Translations under genes and position numbers: made by a program
Shown: positions 1-14,738 of the stretch, piece after piece
Numbering within the stretch: the stretch's first letter is position 1
Layout of the letters: the number at the start of each line of letters is the position of its first letter
Origin: Catajapyx aquilonaris
Lineage: Eukaryota
DNA length: 64,000 nt
Assembly: GCA_000934665.2 (NCBI GenBank)
Contig: KZ538021.1
Span: 62,001-126,000 of the forward strand
Direction: 5' to 3'
The notes under the pieces: model-generated
Seen by the model: only the letters and a program-made list of their open reading frames with translations
Databases searched by the model: none
Told to the model about the DNA's origin: nothing

Positions 1-1945
1 ATTTCACCTCCCATTCTACTGATTAATTCTGACGTTCCACTCACTTCTCCTTTTGCTTTCGATCTTGCGAGACTTATACACACACGGTAGATGAGGATGG
101 GGAGGTCTAACTAGACCCTGATTAATGTTTGGAAGATGATTACATATGGCGTCTGGAATTCCATATTCGGAAAGCCTTTTTTGGGGGTCTGTTAATAATG
201 CTGATGGATTATACAAGGTGCCTATTGGGCGTAGGATTCAATTTGTACGACATGTCTTCTTTGCGTAACGCAAGGAGCTAACAATGATTGCAAAACAACG
301 TATTGGTATTGTTTGCAGCAAATGACGTCATTTTTCTGCTAAACACCTGGGACATACTCAGTGGTAATTAACCAGACTTGACATTACAAGGTGGTAACAT
401 GCTATTGTCCTTCACTCTTTCGACTTTCTGGAGTAATGGTAATTGAAGCGCGTTTATGCGAGAAACCCCACGTGGCTCACACCTTCCGAGAAAACAGATG
501 CCTTGGAGAACTCTTGGTATAAACGAGCGTAGTGAATGTCCGGCTCTCGAAGAAGGAGCAAATTACAGGTCAAAAGATGCGCGGATGGAATGTCTATTAC
601 TTTCCTTCGCCTTGTCGCTGAGCGGCTTTTTCTTCTTCTTTTTGCCCCGAGGACTGGAAATTAACGTATAATTTTTAAACAGTAGGCGTGGCAAACGCAA
701 CCATTAGCGGTCGTCTACTTTTCTTTTCTTTTCTTCCCCCTCTCCACCTCCCCTATTTTTTTAAAAAAACCTTCCCTATATAGGGCTCCTACTCTCTCTA
801 TAGCTTCAGGGCAACCGCAAAAGCCCACTTATTTATCCCAAATTCGGGGTCAGGTTTCGCCTTACCTGCTCTTTTACCCAACTTTGGTCCCAAATTACTA
901 CCTTAGACTCTCCCATCTTTTTGTCTTAAAAAATTTTCACCGTGCCGCTTCATTGGGACTTGTTTTAATAATCCGCAATTAACTGAAATGCGAGGAATTT
1001 GCTGGACCACTCGAAATGCACGTGACCAGTGTGTTGTCAAAACCATAATTTTTAAAGAGATATGAATGCCAATCGTATGGGCTGGGCTGCACGTACACCA
1101 AAATGCGCCGATATTTCATATTGTCATTATTTGACAAGTGACTTCGTGCTCATCTCGTGAGTAATTATTGCTTTGTTGTATAACCACAAGCGTTAGGGTC
1201 AAATATATTTTCTACATGCAATTAATTTATAAGGAGTCCCTTCCGATGAAGCCACAGATAACATGGTGTGAGACATGGTTAAATTTATATATAAAAAAAG
1301 TTGCATGCGAGCCATTCTGTTTTCACCCTCAGTCACACTCTGTTTAGTAATGCAAGCAATTAGAGGGCGCGAAACATGACATGGGGCAAATAGAAAGGAA
1401 AATTATGGACTCCAGTGGAATGCGAGGAGGCTTCACGGTCACTTACAGATTAGGATAAGGGAGGCATCCAAATAGTTAAGTTAGGAAGAAGACCTTTTCG
1501 TTTGGAAGAGACGAGATGAGAGCAAAAAAAGGGAACCAAAGCTTCATTTTCATAGCCCAGAGTTACGTGCACTTGGACGCCTTGTGACAGTCAGTTAAAT
1601 ATTTTTATTAGGCGTCATTACCGGGCTAAGTTATGAAGGAGAAGAGTCGTAAAATTCTTCCAGTTAGGGCTGGTGTTGGGTGGAGGCTGGCAGAGCTCGG
1701 ACTAATATTCGCCACGTTGCTGCAGAAAAGAATAAGTGAAGATATAAATGGCGAGAGAGCCTTTGCGTGGCGATAGATTTACTCAGCAAGGCAAAAGCCT
1801 AGAACCAAATTGGCGAACGGGAGCTGGTTCTGTGGGAGGGGACCGTCACGCAATGCGAGTTGGATTTTGCCACAAGCATATACAAGGCCAAGATTCCTTT
1901 AGAATCAGTGAGATGTGCGCAGACATACCGGACCAGGGGTGAATT

Positions 1946-2250
1946 ATACCGGGTGTCCCAAAAGTCACGCGCTGCCAGGAGTTATTGTACTTGCTTACCG
2001 TTGGGCAGCAGGTCACGAATTCATTTTGCGGAGTATCCAACGCAGAATTATTTTAAAAATGTGAAGGTTCAGTATATAGTGAGGCACAAAAAAAAAGATT
2101 TTTGATAGCTCCTCTGCTATTCACGTAAAAAAATCAGAAGGAACAAAATGATAATATTGTAATTATCACTATTTTCCTGCAGATTTTTTGACACTTTAAA
2201 GTGTCTCAAAACACAACTACTGGTGCCTGGTACTTCGAACTTAATTAGTT
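1946..2250. mobile_element. Possible Tc1/mariner-superfamily MITE remnant
   Basis: Starts with TATACCGGGTGTCCCAAAA, resembling common TA-CAGGGTGTCCCAAAA termini. No matching right TIR found, so the end coordinate is approximate. Confidence 0.3.
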
Positions 2251-2694
2251 CCAGGAGGTCGTTAGACCTTTGAATTGTTCGAAGTCCGAATCAATTTTCC
2301 CCACAAGAAATAATGGAAAGTTAATTAATCCGTTCTCAGACCCTAAATAATACCAATTTCGATAAACGTAAACAGCAAATACACATAATTTAAGGTAGGC
2401 TAAACATAACGGGATTAAATGCCCTAATAAATTAAAACACGAAAACAATACGTAAAATACGTAAATATGGTGTAATAAGATGGAAATTGCAATTTCTGTA
2501 TACTACGCCCATTCATTTAAATTCATCCTCGTATTTAAGTTTTCTATTAAAAAGGACGAGCTAAAGCAAGAATAAATTGCTCATAATAATTTTAGAAAGC
2601 ATTCATCCTGTGAGTTTACACAAATCTCTCTCTCAAAAAAAATTGGATGCGTATGATAAATCAGTAACTGTGGGTGGAATTTTCATCCCACTGC

Positions 2695-3789
2695 CAGAGA
2701 TGGGCAGTATTTAAATACAAATGTATTTTAAATACGTACGGTATTTAAATACTTCTTGGTATTTAGAGATGTATTTATAACTACATTGATTTTCCTGTAT
2801 TTAAATACAAACCTTTCACACAGCAAGCCATCTCGGCCACCGCACCTCCCCAATATTTTGTATGTTTATGTCATAGAAGTAATTTTCGCGACCCCTGTGA
2901 ACGCTGGAATGAAATTCCTCGTCATCGTCAACATTCTGCTTTGCAAGCCATTTCTTCCTGTCCATTTACAGGTGGTCATTATTGCTAGGCTCTAAATCCC
3001 GGGTGCAACCTTGCCCGGGTGATCTAACAATTCACATTTGAATATATTGTTGGGGCACGGTTCCAGTAAGCAATAGCCTATAGGCAGACAGGCACTGTCG
3101 CGCAAGAAAACACCACGAAACTCAACGCTACGTTTGATCAATCCAAAGGGTTATTGTGAGACATTACAGAAGATAAGGATGGCCATTAATAAGGAACGTA
3201 TCGGTATATTGCTGACAGACCCTCGGACAATGCCCGTCTGCCTACTGTCTTTACGTGCTGGAACCCTGCTGCAACAATTCAAGTGAGAATTGTTTGATCA
3301 CTTGTGATTTGGAGCCTAGCGATTACTACCTGTCCATCGACAGGAAGAAATGGCTTGCAAAGCATAATGTTGACAATGAAGAAGAATTGCAATCAGGGGT
3401 CGCGGAAATAGCTTGCGGCAGACTTCTATGACATATAGACATACAAAATCGTGTGTAACTCTATGAAAAATGCCTCGATTTGGCTGGAAACTATTTTGAA
3501 AAAAGTATACAGTTGTCTATTTCAGATGTGTAAATAAAAATTCTGGGGTGCATTGTGGTTTTTCTAATTAAAAAATGGACCTTACTTTCTGGATGCGCCT
3601 CGTAATAATAGAAATATGTTATGTTTTCATTTTTTATCCAAATAATGATGGCAAGAAATTCACATTAACAAAAAATGTATTTACGAAAGTATTTAAATAC
3701 TTTTGATGTATTTAGTATTTAATTACTTTCTTGTGCAGTAGTTAGTATTTAGTATTTATTTACATTCAAGTATTTAGTGCCCATCACTG
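2695..3789. mobile_element. Non-autonomous hAT-type DNA transposon carrying a nested mariner fragment
   Basis: TIRs CAGAGATGGGCA...TGCCCATCACTG. Perfect 8-bp TSD CCCACTGC at 2687-2694 and 3790-3797. Subterminal GTATTTAAATAC/GTATTT repeats at both ends. Confidence 0.85.
2852..3604. mobile_element. Fold-back mariner-derived element with left end missing, nested inside the hAT element
   Basis: Right mariner TIR CTTACTTTCTGGATGCGCCTCG followed by TA. Inverted arms at about 2855-3060 and 3265-3450 carry degenerate transposase C-terminus (DLEPSDYYL, related to YSPDLAPSD; YEKCLDLAGNYFEK). Same family as the element at 54555-55321. Confidence 0.8.
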
Positions 3790-6700
3790 CCCACTGCTAT
3801 AGTTACTGCTAAGTTAGAAGTAACACTCTGTCTCTTGAAGTATTAAACTTGTTGCAGTGACTGAAGTAGCTTTTGGATCCCCCCTTGTTGAAACAACTGC
3901 GGTGTAATTAATTGTGCACATTATGACAAACAGTATACTGCACAGTGGAGTAAAATCAAGCCCATCATGATTCATGAATCATCGGGTAACGCATCGCAAT
4001 GAATAACTTTCGTGAAGTTTATACTGACAAACTTTGCGGGAGAGAGGTATGTGATGTGAGGTATACCTGTAGGGGGTAACATGAAATGGAATGGGAAGGG
4101 GCAGGGGGCTAGGTGATGGTGGAAACCACTAGGAGAATATGCAGAGGGGGGCATATAAGCACTTCGGCATAATGTGACGCATTTTGCAGCGTCATTTATT
4201 TGAATTCTAAATTGAAAAAAAAAAATGTATATGAAAAAATCAATAATGATACTGTGAATTTCATATTCTGGTATAGCCTATATTGTTACTCTTACGTATA
4301 CTATAGCAATAACTGGGTTTATAGACAGAAATAATATCTGGACTATTGCCTCACTCTTCATATTTCATTTCGAAATTAATATTTTTTAACGTAATGTTGT
4401 ATTGCTGTTTTCTCGCGCTCGCAACATTCATTACACCAGTGGTATTGACGTGTCACAATCAAAGTGTGTTAGGAAATTATTTAAAAAAGCTCACATTGTA
4501 GATTTCTTGTAACTTATATGTATAGCCTATATATAGTCATCAGTAAGTCTTTCTTGTTCATAAATGTGGCCTTTAATTTCATCAGTGCTTTTTCCACTTC
4601 CGATTTACCTTCACATTCATTGCAAGATGAGCACAAAAATATCGACATTGAACGCGCAAATAGTTACATCAATAGCAAGATTGCGCATTATGTTGCTGAT
4701 TTAGTTTTTTCCCCCCAGCACTATCGCGGCTTTGCCTAATCGAGCCAAAGTTTCAACCTGCCACCACACTAATTAAGAATGAAGATGCTTCAAAGGGGAT
4801 AAATTAGCCATAATATACTTGACACATACTTTTGCGACACTTGCAGACAAGTTGGGTTGATGTGCATTTAACAAAAAAACAAGACAAGAAGAGAAGAGTG
4901 TACAGGATTTTTCAGCCGCAGTCGACGTGGCCTGAAGTAGTTAGAAGTCACGGGCTATTAATCCCTGCAAGTGCAACCAGTTCCTCCTCACACATGTCAC
5001 ACATGCCAAGGGTGTACTTGAGCAAACGTCACTCTTCGCAAAATAGAACGCGGGAATCCTTCAGTCTGCGTGGCGCGCAGGATGTTCTCTTTTTATGCCT
5101 GGCAAAAGCAACAGGAAATGAGCGCACTCTTTTTTAAGTGGATTAGTTTTCACTTGCAACAACAGGTACATCAAAACTATTCAAAGCTTTGTGCACCGGA
5201 ATGCATCTAAATTCGTTTTCTAGAGCGTCAGACGTTTTCTCCGTGGGAAAAGACATAACAAGCAGAGGGAAGGATTTTCAATAATTCACTTCTGAAGCAT
5301 ATATACGACAATGGAAAATATAATTTGCAAATAAACTGCATAACGTGTAGCAAGGTTGTATATTTAATATCACGAAAAACTATGCGGAGATCTTGTTTTG
5401 CGCGAATTACGATTGAGATAGTATTGCATAATAATACTGTGGTAAAATGTTTGCTAAGGGCACTTTTTTGGGCAAAAATAAGATCATTTTGTACCGGATG
5501 TGTTGTGTAAGAAAATGAAATATGTTGCTTTAGTAGTTGCAAAATGTGAAGCCATCAGCAAAGAAAGGTGCTATTTTATACAAATGAATATATGTGATGC
5601 GCCCTATACGTATATTTTTATTATTTGCCTGTTGCAATAACTATAGAATGGTTTATCTCAAATGTTGCCTCATTCTGCATATAAGAGATATTATCCCGGC
5701 ACAAAATTCCCCTACATTGTATTTCGACATTAATATTTTTATTGACGCTTCATCTATTGCAATTTTCTCGCAACATTCATTATAAATACCAATGATATTG
5801 GCATGATGGCACAAAGAAATGATAAAAGACGCAGGAAAATGTATATTTTGCTATATTCGCATTTGTTTCATCAGAGCATTTTTGTCGTAATTTTTCCCCC
5901 CCCGCTACGTACATGTTTCTTAGCTCATTGTAAGTCCGAAATTTGAAGAAGGAAGGCTTGCCATGCAAAAAAAAACGAGGTTGAGAAAAATAAGAAAGTG
6001 AATAGCACCTCAGACGGTGCCCTGTAATCAGGGTGATATAGCGAAATGGTTATTAGTAATCTCGAGCCATCGACCGCCTGTGTTTGTATAATTATGCAAA
6101 TAAGGAAGAGCAAAGGCTTATATTACAGGCCCTTCTTTCCAACCCCCCCTCGAGACAAATTTTGGTGCTCGTGCGCCCCCAAACTCCAGTGGGCCACCAA
6201 TTTATATAAAAAAAAGGAAATAAAAAAAGAACACCCCCATCTTCCTCCATGCTGGTTTCATTATGAAGCACAAACTAGGCATGAAATGTTCCCATATCAC
6301 AGTTTGTTGTGGATGATGGCTGCCGACAGGAGCTCCTCCCACTTCACGCTGATTTATCACCTGAAAACACACGGCCATATCTCATACCCTGGGCGCAAAC
6401 CAAGCTTGTCACCTCACTTTTTAGCAAATTTTTTTTTGTAGAACGAATCGGTTCTAGATTAAGGACCAGGAATATTTTATGTGGAAAAAACACTTTTTGA
6501 TTGAATCAACCCCATCCTTTCAAAACCATTATTGTTATTCAACGGCTTCGTGTCCGAAAGTAAACAATGGGACATTAACCTGTTGTGTACTTTCATCTCT
6601 TCGCGCCTGTTATTTATCGCGAGCGGCTCTGATGAAGATTTGTGACTTGTTCTCACGATTTGCTCAAGAAATAAAAAACAACAACACCTGGTTTGGAAAT

Positions 6701-8210
6701 TAGCCGATCGCAAAGTGAGCTGGATAACCGAATAGCCCCGTATTGAGGTTTAGTCGTGACCGCACGATTACTCCCCTCAAACTCCTTATAAACAAATTAT
6801 CTCAGGCCATACACATTTTCTTATAACTAGACCCCGCATCACTACTTATAATGTAAGCGTTATGTGCAAAAAATAATGAGCCTGCATTGTGAGCTACTTT
6901 TTCTCGGACAGGTCAGTGTACCCCCTTTTGCTTCGACTGGTTTCCAACTATTTATACGCCTACTAGATTTCCCGAAAATGCCCATTAATTAATAGTCCGA
7001 GGTGTCGTTGCAAGGTACTTGAACACAAAGAGAGGTCTGCTGGCCTCTCATAAATTGCGCTTAATATGCCTCCAATCCTCACCTGCACATGAATATGGAG
7101 AAGCGCGCGCCACATAAATCAGACCACCCTAGTCCCACATTGAGGGATACGCCTACGGCTCCTCAAATTATGTGTGAGGTTGCTGGGAGGGTACAGAGTG
7201 TGGCTGTAATATTGGTTTATGCCAAATGTGGGGACCAATCTGACTCACCAGGTGGCATCCAGTGGCGACTGTGCACACAAGTTAGGTGCCTTTTTATCAC
7301 TACTCGGCCAGTTTTTTCTTCTTCTTCGTCTTCTCCAAGGGTTGTTCTTGGCCCCGTTTTTATTTGCATTTTGTTGCCTTCCTCGGGTCCCGTCATCTAG
7401 TTAACACCCTTCACGATTTTTCATGCGAGTCAAATCTACCAATTCCGATCGGTGTCTGACCAATCGCTAGTTAGAATCTGTTTTTTTTTGTGTGTGTGCT
7501 TCACGGTTGTTTTCCTGATCCTTGCCTCCAAAAACCGTAGTCAAAACCATCCCCCTTCTTTTTTTGGGGATGTAAAAAAAAAAGAGTTAACAACTTTCCG
7601 TGGACCAGTTTGCGTGAAAGGGGCAAAACCAGCATGCCCATGCAGCTCGTTACCCTAAGTGAAAAGCACCATATTACCATGCTAAATGCAGCATAAGCAG
7701 GTAATAAAGCTGGGAAATAACCCTGTAAAAGGGCCCTTATCTGATGCCTGCTTTAATTGACTGGCTCTGAGCATGATTGCGGGTTGTTCACGCGAAGATT
7801 GGAGAAGTGTTCCCCCGGCTTTTGACACGGTTGTGGCTCCGACCAAGGAAAAGTGGATGGTTTGAGGGAGGGTGGTTGGAGGGTGGGGGTGTACTAGAAA
7901 TACACCCCCCCTCAACCCCTGGCCCCCAAATGGAAGTTGCCGCATCACACACACACACTAACCAGCAGACAACCCCTCGAGGGATGGCCTCAACACTAGC
8001 TGTGGCCAGACTCGACACCACCCCCCCTCGAAAAAGGGCTCCCGAGAGGACGACCAATTGGGAACAAGTGAAATTGATGAGGTTTATCACCCCGCGGGTT
8101 GTCAATCAACAGGGGACCAGGGGTTGTCACCTGTGTGCAAAACTGGCAGCAATCACAACACGAGTTACTTGCGCAATGAACAGGCAACAAAGGTGGAACT
8201 GCACAGTTGA

Positions 8211-8530
8211 CAAGATGGCGGGGAATCGTGATGGATTACTCACTCCAGTCGAGCATGCGCAATGACAACCGAAGCTGTGACGTAACCACTGCGCTTGCGC
8301 CGTAAGACGGTGGAATGAAAAGTGATGGATTACTCACTCCAGGTCGCGCATGCGCAAGGACAACCTGAGCTGTGACAGATAGTGATGAATTACTCACTCC
8401 AGTCGAGCATGAGCAATGATGTAGCTGTGACGTAACCACTTGAACAGTAAAGATGGCGGAATCGTGATGGATTACTCACTTCAGGTCGAGCATGCGCAAT
8501 GGCGACTGGTGACGTAATCACTTCGCTTGA
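8211..8530. repeat. Irregular tandem array with four copies of a ~37-bp core
   Basis: GTGATGGATTACTCACTCCAG(G)TCGAGCATGCGCAATG begins at 8228, 8322, 8382 and 8464. Linkers share GCTGTGACGTAACCACT and AAGATGGCGG. Confidence 0.85.
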
Positions 8531-11500
8531 GCAGTGAATACTACGGAAGTTGAAGCCTGAATATCGCGGCTGTAAATCTAAAATAAGCTCATTTTTAATG
8601 AAGAGTAATTGCAAAGGTTGTCCTATGTTGTTCCGATTATTTATGAGCAATAAAGTACAAATTCGTCTTCACGGGAGCCCGATCTTTACAACCGCCTAAA
8701 AAGTAAGTCCCCTCCAAACAGCTAATGAGAAAACTGCTAATCATTGAAATCAATCTGTCCCCTAGCTTCCGTCTGAGTCCAAATAGGCCATCCGGGACGT
8801 TTTTTTTTCTTCGTGTGTTTATAAGTGTGAAGCCGCGGCTCTTCCAATTCTTGACGGGACAGTGGGTCGAAGAGGAGGTAATTATCACGCAATGCAAACA
8901 CAATATATTTTTTTTTCTTCAATCATCTTAGACTTTGAACCCCCCCTCCTTTGGAACCTCCCTCCAAAAAGCGGCTTGGCTAAGGTTATCTCTTCATCAG
9001 ATGGCCTCCCCTCCTCTAGCTAGTGGCCTCCATTACCTGCTGTTCCCCATTAATTGGTTCCCTCTTCGTCTAGAACCTGTATAATTACTTAAGGGCCTGA
9101 TTGTCAGATCAACGGCAAATTTGCCACGCCTAAAAGCCTGTTTAGACAGCCAGTTTTCACCAGAGGGGGTTAAGAAAAAAAAAATGGTGGAGGAGGTGGG
9201 GAGGGGTTTGGGTTAAATAAAAAAAAGAGTAGAAGGTACGGTTTAAATGAGGATTTGGGTAATTTTGACGTACAAGGACGGCGTAATTTCATTGGTCCTT
9301 TCATTATCCCTTCACGTTGTTTCGACCGGGAATTTATTGCACCTCGTTGGTTTTAATGCCGTGTGAAATTGGTGCGTCATTAAGTCGGTGCCTGGCGTAG
9401 GAGTTTTGAGGCCCTTGCTAATGAGGTGTGGACTCGGCAGCTACTCCAACCAATTGTCTGCCGCAATAATAATAAAAAATTTAGTGAAAAAAAATGAAAC
9501 GTGGAGGAAAGCAGATTTGACTGATTGATTGATTGGCTGATTTTTCGTCCAAAGGAATTAGATTTTTCGAAGTACAGGATGATCACTAAGCTGATGACGT
9601 TTCTAGGAAAGAATTTCAGCTTGGTATATAGGGGAGCAAAAGGGGTCGTAAGTTTTTTAATGGCTCGCTTTTAGCGTCACTTAATTGCATTTTTGTTCCT
9701 TTATTACCCGAAAGCTTAAAGCCATTGCTTCCACACAAGGGCTTGAGTTACGACTGTTAATTTTCGCATGTCGTTCACACGTGCAATTCATTCCTGAACC
9801 ACAAGACCAGCATCCTTTTGAATGTGAACGACCTTCCAATTTGTCAACTTTGGTGTATATACAGATTAAGATCCTTTCTGAAGAAAACGTGAAGAAAGCT
9901 TCATGCAAAAAAAAAGTGAGTTCAATCCACACAAAAAAAAGTGCTCACACCTCTGCTTGAAATATGGAAGCAAATTTTCCAAAACGACTCTCCACACAAG
10001 CGAAGTAATTTGCTATAAATTCTCACTCCATTCCGGGGGTAGTCAGGAGTTTTGTGCGGAGGAAGGAATCAGGGAAGCTTTGTCCGTGGTCCCCTGCTAA
10101 AAGAGCCCTAAGTGAATCGCCCTTTCTCGGCACGGCGCGCTCATAAAGGTGATTTAGTACGGCCGCAGCTGCCAGCTTTGCCTTTGTTAGCATTCCTGAT
10201 CAACGCCTTGTTTATTTACCTGCGCCCATTCGCCTTCCATATACATGTCACACGCTTTTAAAAATTACGTCTATGATTTTTAATTATAAACCCCTCCACC
10301 TTTTATTTTTTGGGAGATGGGAGGGAGGGGGGAGGGGTTTTTGAAAAAGGGCTGTTTTTTTATCTCCTTTTAAAAATTGGGGAGGTGTAAAAGATGGGCA
10401 TCCGTGCCCATGCGACGCAAGTGCTAATCATACCTTTCTGCTTTATCTCCTCCGAGCTGAGATTTATATTTGGGAGAAGTTTAGAGACCAGTTAGGACGG
10501 TGGTTATGGGGTTTAGTCCTTTCTTTTTTTAAAAAAACCTATACGAGTACATTCAGGGTCAGCATGATGTGGATTGCCTTGAAGTCGTTACTTCGAGAGG
10601 TTTTATCGACGTAAAGCCAATATTACAACCCAATGTGTCATTTCAAAATCGATTACCTTTACTGATAAGTAATTAATACCCCTACAGATATGTCCGTGAT
10701 TAATTCCTGACGCTTGTTAGTGTGAGAGATATTTATGTTTGAGCCCAAGTGTACCTGTGTACCGGTGCATTTTTAACGGCGAGAAACCAATCCATTTCAG
10801 GTCTGTATCCACAGGGGGGTTAGGAGGGGGCTAAATACCGACCCCTCCCTTGTTGCCCTTTATTTTATTTTTTATTTTTTCTTCTTTCAACCGTCCCCTT
10901 CTTGGCACCTTTCATGCCATTACTCAACCCTTACGGTTCCAATTTCCGTCATGCTGCCCATTCTCTTTTCCTCCTTATTTTCTCCCCTCTTTATACTTAT
11001 GGGCTCCGATTCTCAGCAAGACCGCTGTCTGAGAGAAATATGTATATTTGGGCCGGTTTTTCCAGGAGAACCCAGCGGAAAATGCCAAACCTTTTCCCTC
11101 GGGTTTATATTGGTTGTCCTCCTGTGGTGAGGGTCCCAAAAATACACCTGAGTCGCGAGGAGGGAGGATGAGGGGTATGTAATTTATCGCGTGAAATGTG
11201 CGGCTAATGAGCATCCATCATAGGTGATGTGTGGTTTTTGTACGTCTCTTAACACGGGCCCCATTACCCTTGACTTTGCGCTCTCAAGAGGGCTGCTGAG
11301 AAGGTGCGAAGGATTTGGCTGCTTGAAATAAATTTCCGAGCCTGTACCTCCAGGGTAGGTGTGTGTGTTTGCAGAGGCTGCACACAATATTTATGAACAG
11401 GTATGTACACATGCTCATCATCACAAAGGAATTCCTGATCGTTTGGTGTTAAGGTAAAATCGGGAAAAAAATTGCATAATATTTTTACACATAAGGTGTG

Positions 11501-14500
11501 GGTAGCTGAAGAGTAGCGTGGGCGAACAATTCTAGGTGTCAGAAGGCGTGAAAAACGATTCCGGCGTGTGCTTCACCTGAGTTGACAAGGCGAAACGAGC
11601 AAGTTAGCAACGGCTGTCTTTGCCTGCTTGGCCTCTGACGTCATTCCCTTTAAAAAAAAAGCGGCACGAGAGAGGAAGAGAGTACAAAAAAAAAGTGAGC
11701 TCCATATCCGATCCTAAAAGGCAGCTATCATGGATTAAAGAGACGGCGCTTGTAATTGGCTGGCAAATGGAGAGACAATTAGACGGGAGATCCCTTTGGG
11801 TTGGAGCACCGGAGGCTGTGTCAACAGATCGGAAGAGGCAGCGGACCATCTCCCACAATCCTTTTAGAAACGTTTGCGTTATAATTACCGTTTTGTTTAA
11901 CTTCAAAAGATCTGCATCTTCCCCCGGCTTCTTAGGGAAAACTTGCAGGTGGCCGGCAAGAAAAAGTGCCAATCACTGGAAAAGAGCACGTTTCGATTCG
12001 TGCACTTACTCTCGGCGTATCAAGTCTGCTCTCTCCAGTCATCCAAGTTAGAAGAGCATTAGGCAGACATATGTTGCAGTGGAAGGTATAACAATGGGAG
12101 CAAGCACCGACCATATAAAATTGCACAAAAAATGTATACGGGCACGGAAGTCATACTGCCAGCAGATGCGGTGGCAGTAATTGCGATTCTGGCACAAAAA
12201 ATAGTCAGGATGATTAATTATAAGATGTAATTTGCCTACACTTACGTTGTAAAATGGGCTGGCCAATTGCGCTCAATTGCTGTTGCATCCTCCATTTTTC
12301 TTAGAACTGATATGGTATAATTATATTTTGAACATTTGCGAGACTCGAGGCATGAATACGATTATCAATTACGCATGATACATGTGACGGATTCATAATT
12401 ATACAAAAGAACAAGGTGAGAATTTGAGGAACCTAAATGTCTTCTAGCTTGCACATACAATAACTCATAGTGTAATGAAAGCAACCTTCAATAGAAATAT
12501 CATTTTCCTAATTACTTTTCGCTGAATTGCCACGCCCAAAGGAGAAATATATTCAGTGCGTTTTACTGCGCGAAAAAAACCGGATCCAGCTTGTAATTGA
12601 CGCATGCTGTTATATACGCTATATCCTTACAGCGTGTATAGGTAACGTGCAAAGTCTGCCTTTTTATTGTTTCGTAGTTTTATCGAGAAACCCCCCCCCC
12701 CCCTTCCCACGACAACTCACACTTTTCTTTATCGTAGCCAAGCCGGCACAACGGTATATACTAGGGGCCATATAAATTCCCATTACCTCCGCATGAAACA
12801 CCCCCCCTTAGATAACACAGGTGTTGCTTTACCTGGAGAGCACGATAGCTCCGCAATGCTAAGTGCAATGCGCTATTCATACCTATGCATACCTAGCATT
12901 CGACCCAGTTTACACAGACATAAAAGGGTCCATATCTGATGCGCGACCATACACAAACTTCATTAATCTTATGGGAAAGAAAAAGGCATCGATGAAAAGT
13001 GGAATGTCACCTGCTTCATATTATACAAATGGGATGGGGAAAGTTCTTCTGATTGATAGCCCATTTCGGATCCGATCAGAAGCCCTTATGATATACACAG
13101 GTTGCGCCAATCCCCAAGAGGGATCAATAATGTCTCGAGACGCCCACAACATTTTTTTTTAAGAAAAAGAAAAGAGACAGGCCCCTCAGCATCTTCTGTC
13201 ACGAAAGATGACGTCCAGGCCCTTTCCTGGCGAGATGAAACTCATTATGACAAGTCATATAAAATAATTAGCTGGTTTCAAGTTTGCCATGGAATTTCTC
13301 TGGGCACCGTTCATAAATAAAGAGGCGAACCCAGCGGGGTTTGAGATCCGGAGGTGAACAAATGAGGCGGAGTGGTCGCCAAATAAAGTTTGGCTTGAAA
13401 AACGTTGGCTGGACAGACATGACTGGCCTCATTTGGGAGTGGACTGAAGGTTTTATTGTCCATCCTTGAGTCCGTGACGCACTGGAATTAATCAGGCCTT
13501 TTATTGGAGCCGGTAACGCTGATCCGGTGAAGAGATTGGCTCAATTATACGGGCCATTAGTAATCGGCCAACAGGTTTTGATGAGCTCCGAAATTGGGTT
13601 TGTCTTCTCGCAGTTTTTGATCTCTACCTTTTTAAAAAAAATCGGCCGTGACCAATCAATTCGAAGACATTCCAAAAATTCTAGTATCCTGTGAGAGAGC
13701 CCACCTGAAACAACACCTTTCTCCTTCGTGGGTTCTAAATCCTGGATGTTGTCTTTGTAATTTCATCAGTGACACCCCCAGCGGGTCATCTCACCCACCT
13801 TTTTTTTATCCCCCCTGTCCAAGTGTGTGGAGGTCATTCCAGAATTCTCACACCGATCTTATCAGATTACCTGGCAGTAGAGCTCCGGACTTATCGAGGG
13901 TTTTTTTTCCTTCTTAATTTGGAGAAGGATATTTTACATTTTGAACAACTTCTCCGCCCCTATTTTTTTCAGAGTGAATGTTGCTTTCCTATTTAGTTTG
14001 ATGTCACCCCTGCAGGACATATTGTATGAACTAACTAGGAACATTGCTGACATCCCCCCCCTTAAATTCATCAGGTGAACACAAGTGACGTCAGACCCTC
14101 CCTCCGTCAGAATGATGGCTTAACAAGGCGTGGATGCACCTTAGCCTTCATTTGCATCTGATTATGTTGCCGCTTTGGACATCTCTTTAATCAACGGGAA
14201 GGTCTTGGTTGGGTGGTTGATGGGTGGTTGTGGGGGCATGCTGGTGTGGTTATAGAGGAAGAAGTTTGGAAGAGAAAAAATAGAGAAGGCTTTTCTGTCA
14301 ACGGATGATGATGAGGCCTTCTTATTTGCACCTGGGGGCTGGGGGCTTCCATGCTCCTGTCTCCTTCCACAAACACCTGCACCCCGGACGTCAATTACTC
14401 ACTTATTACGTCCAGTCAAAGTCTGCTGTGCGTACCTGCTGGAGGGAGGAAATGTTCCTCTCTTTTTTTGCGACTGTTATAATTGCGGTGGTAACAAATT

Positions 14501-14738
14501 ATACCAGCATTTTGCAAATAACGCTGCAATTACACAATCCAGTTGCGTTTGTCACCCGAGTTGAAGCACCTGCTAGATAAAGAGTTATTGATATCCGCGG
14601 TTTGCCACCTGTTCCCAACCTGTAACGCAGCCTTACAGCATATAAAACCTGCTTTTATAAGTGAGGGCAGGCAACATGGCCGACACTGGTCTCTGCGCAT
14701 TGTTTACATACACTGTAATACACTGCATAAAGCACGGT

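Noticed and set aside
7860..7895. G-quadruplex-capable G-runs (also about 10320, 26720, 44410-44500)
   Set aside because: G and C homopolymer runs are frequent throughout this window, so there is nothing specific to support function.
7777..8265. 162-aa plus-strand ORF
   Set aside because: Non-ATG start, no recognisable domain, no splice support, and it runs into the tandem repeat.
8228..8500. CRISPR-like array (four ~37-bp repeats with variable spacers)
   Set aside because: The spacers are homologous to each other and vary widely in length, there are no cas genes, and the context is eukaryotic.
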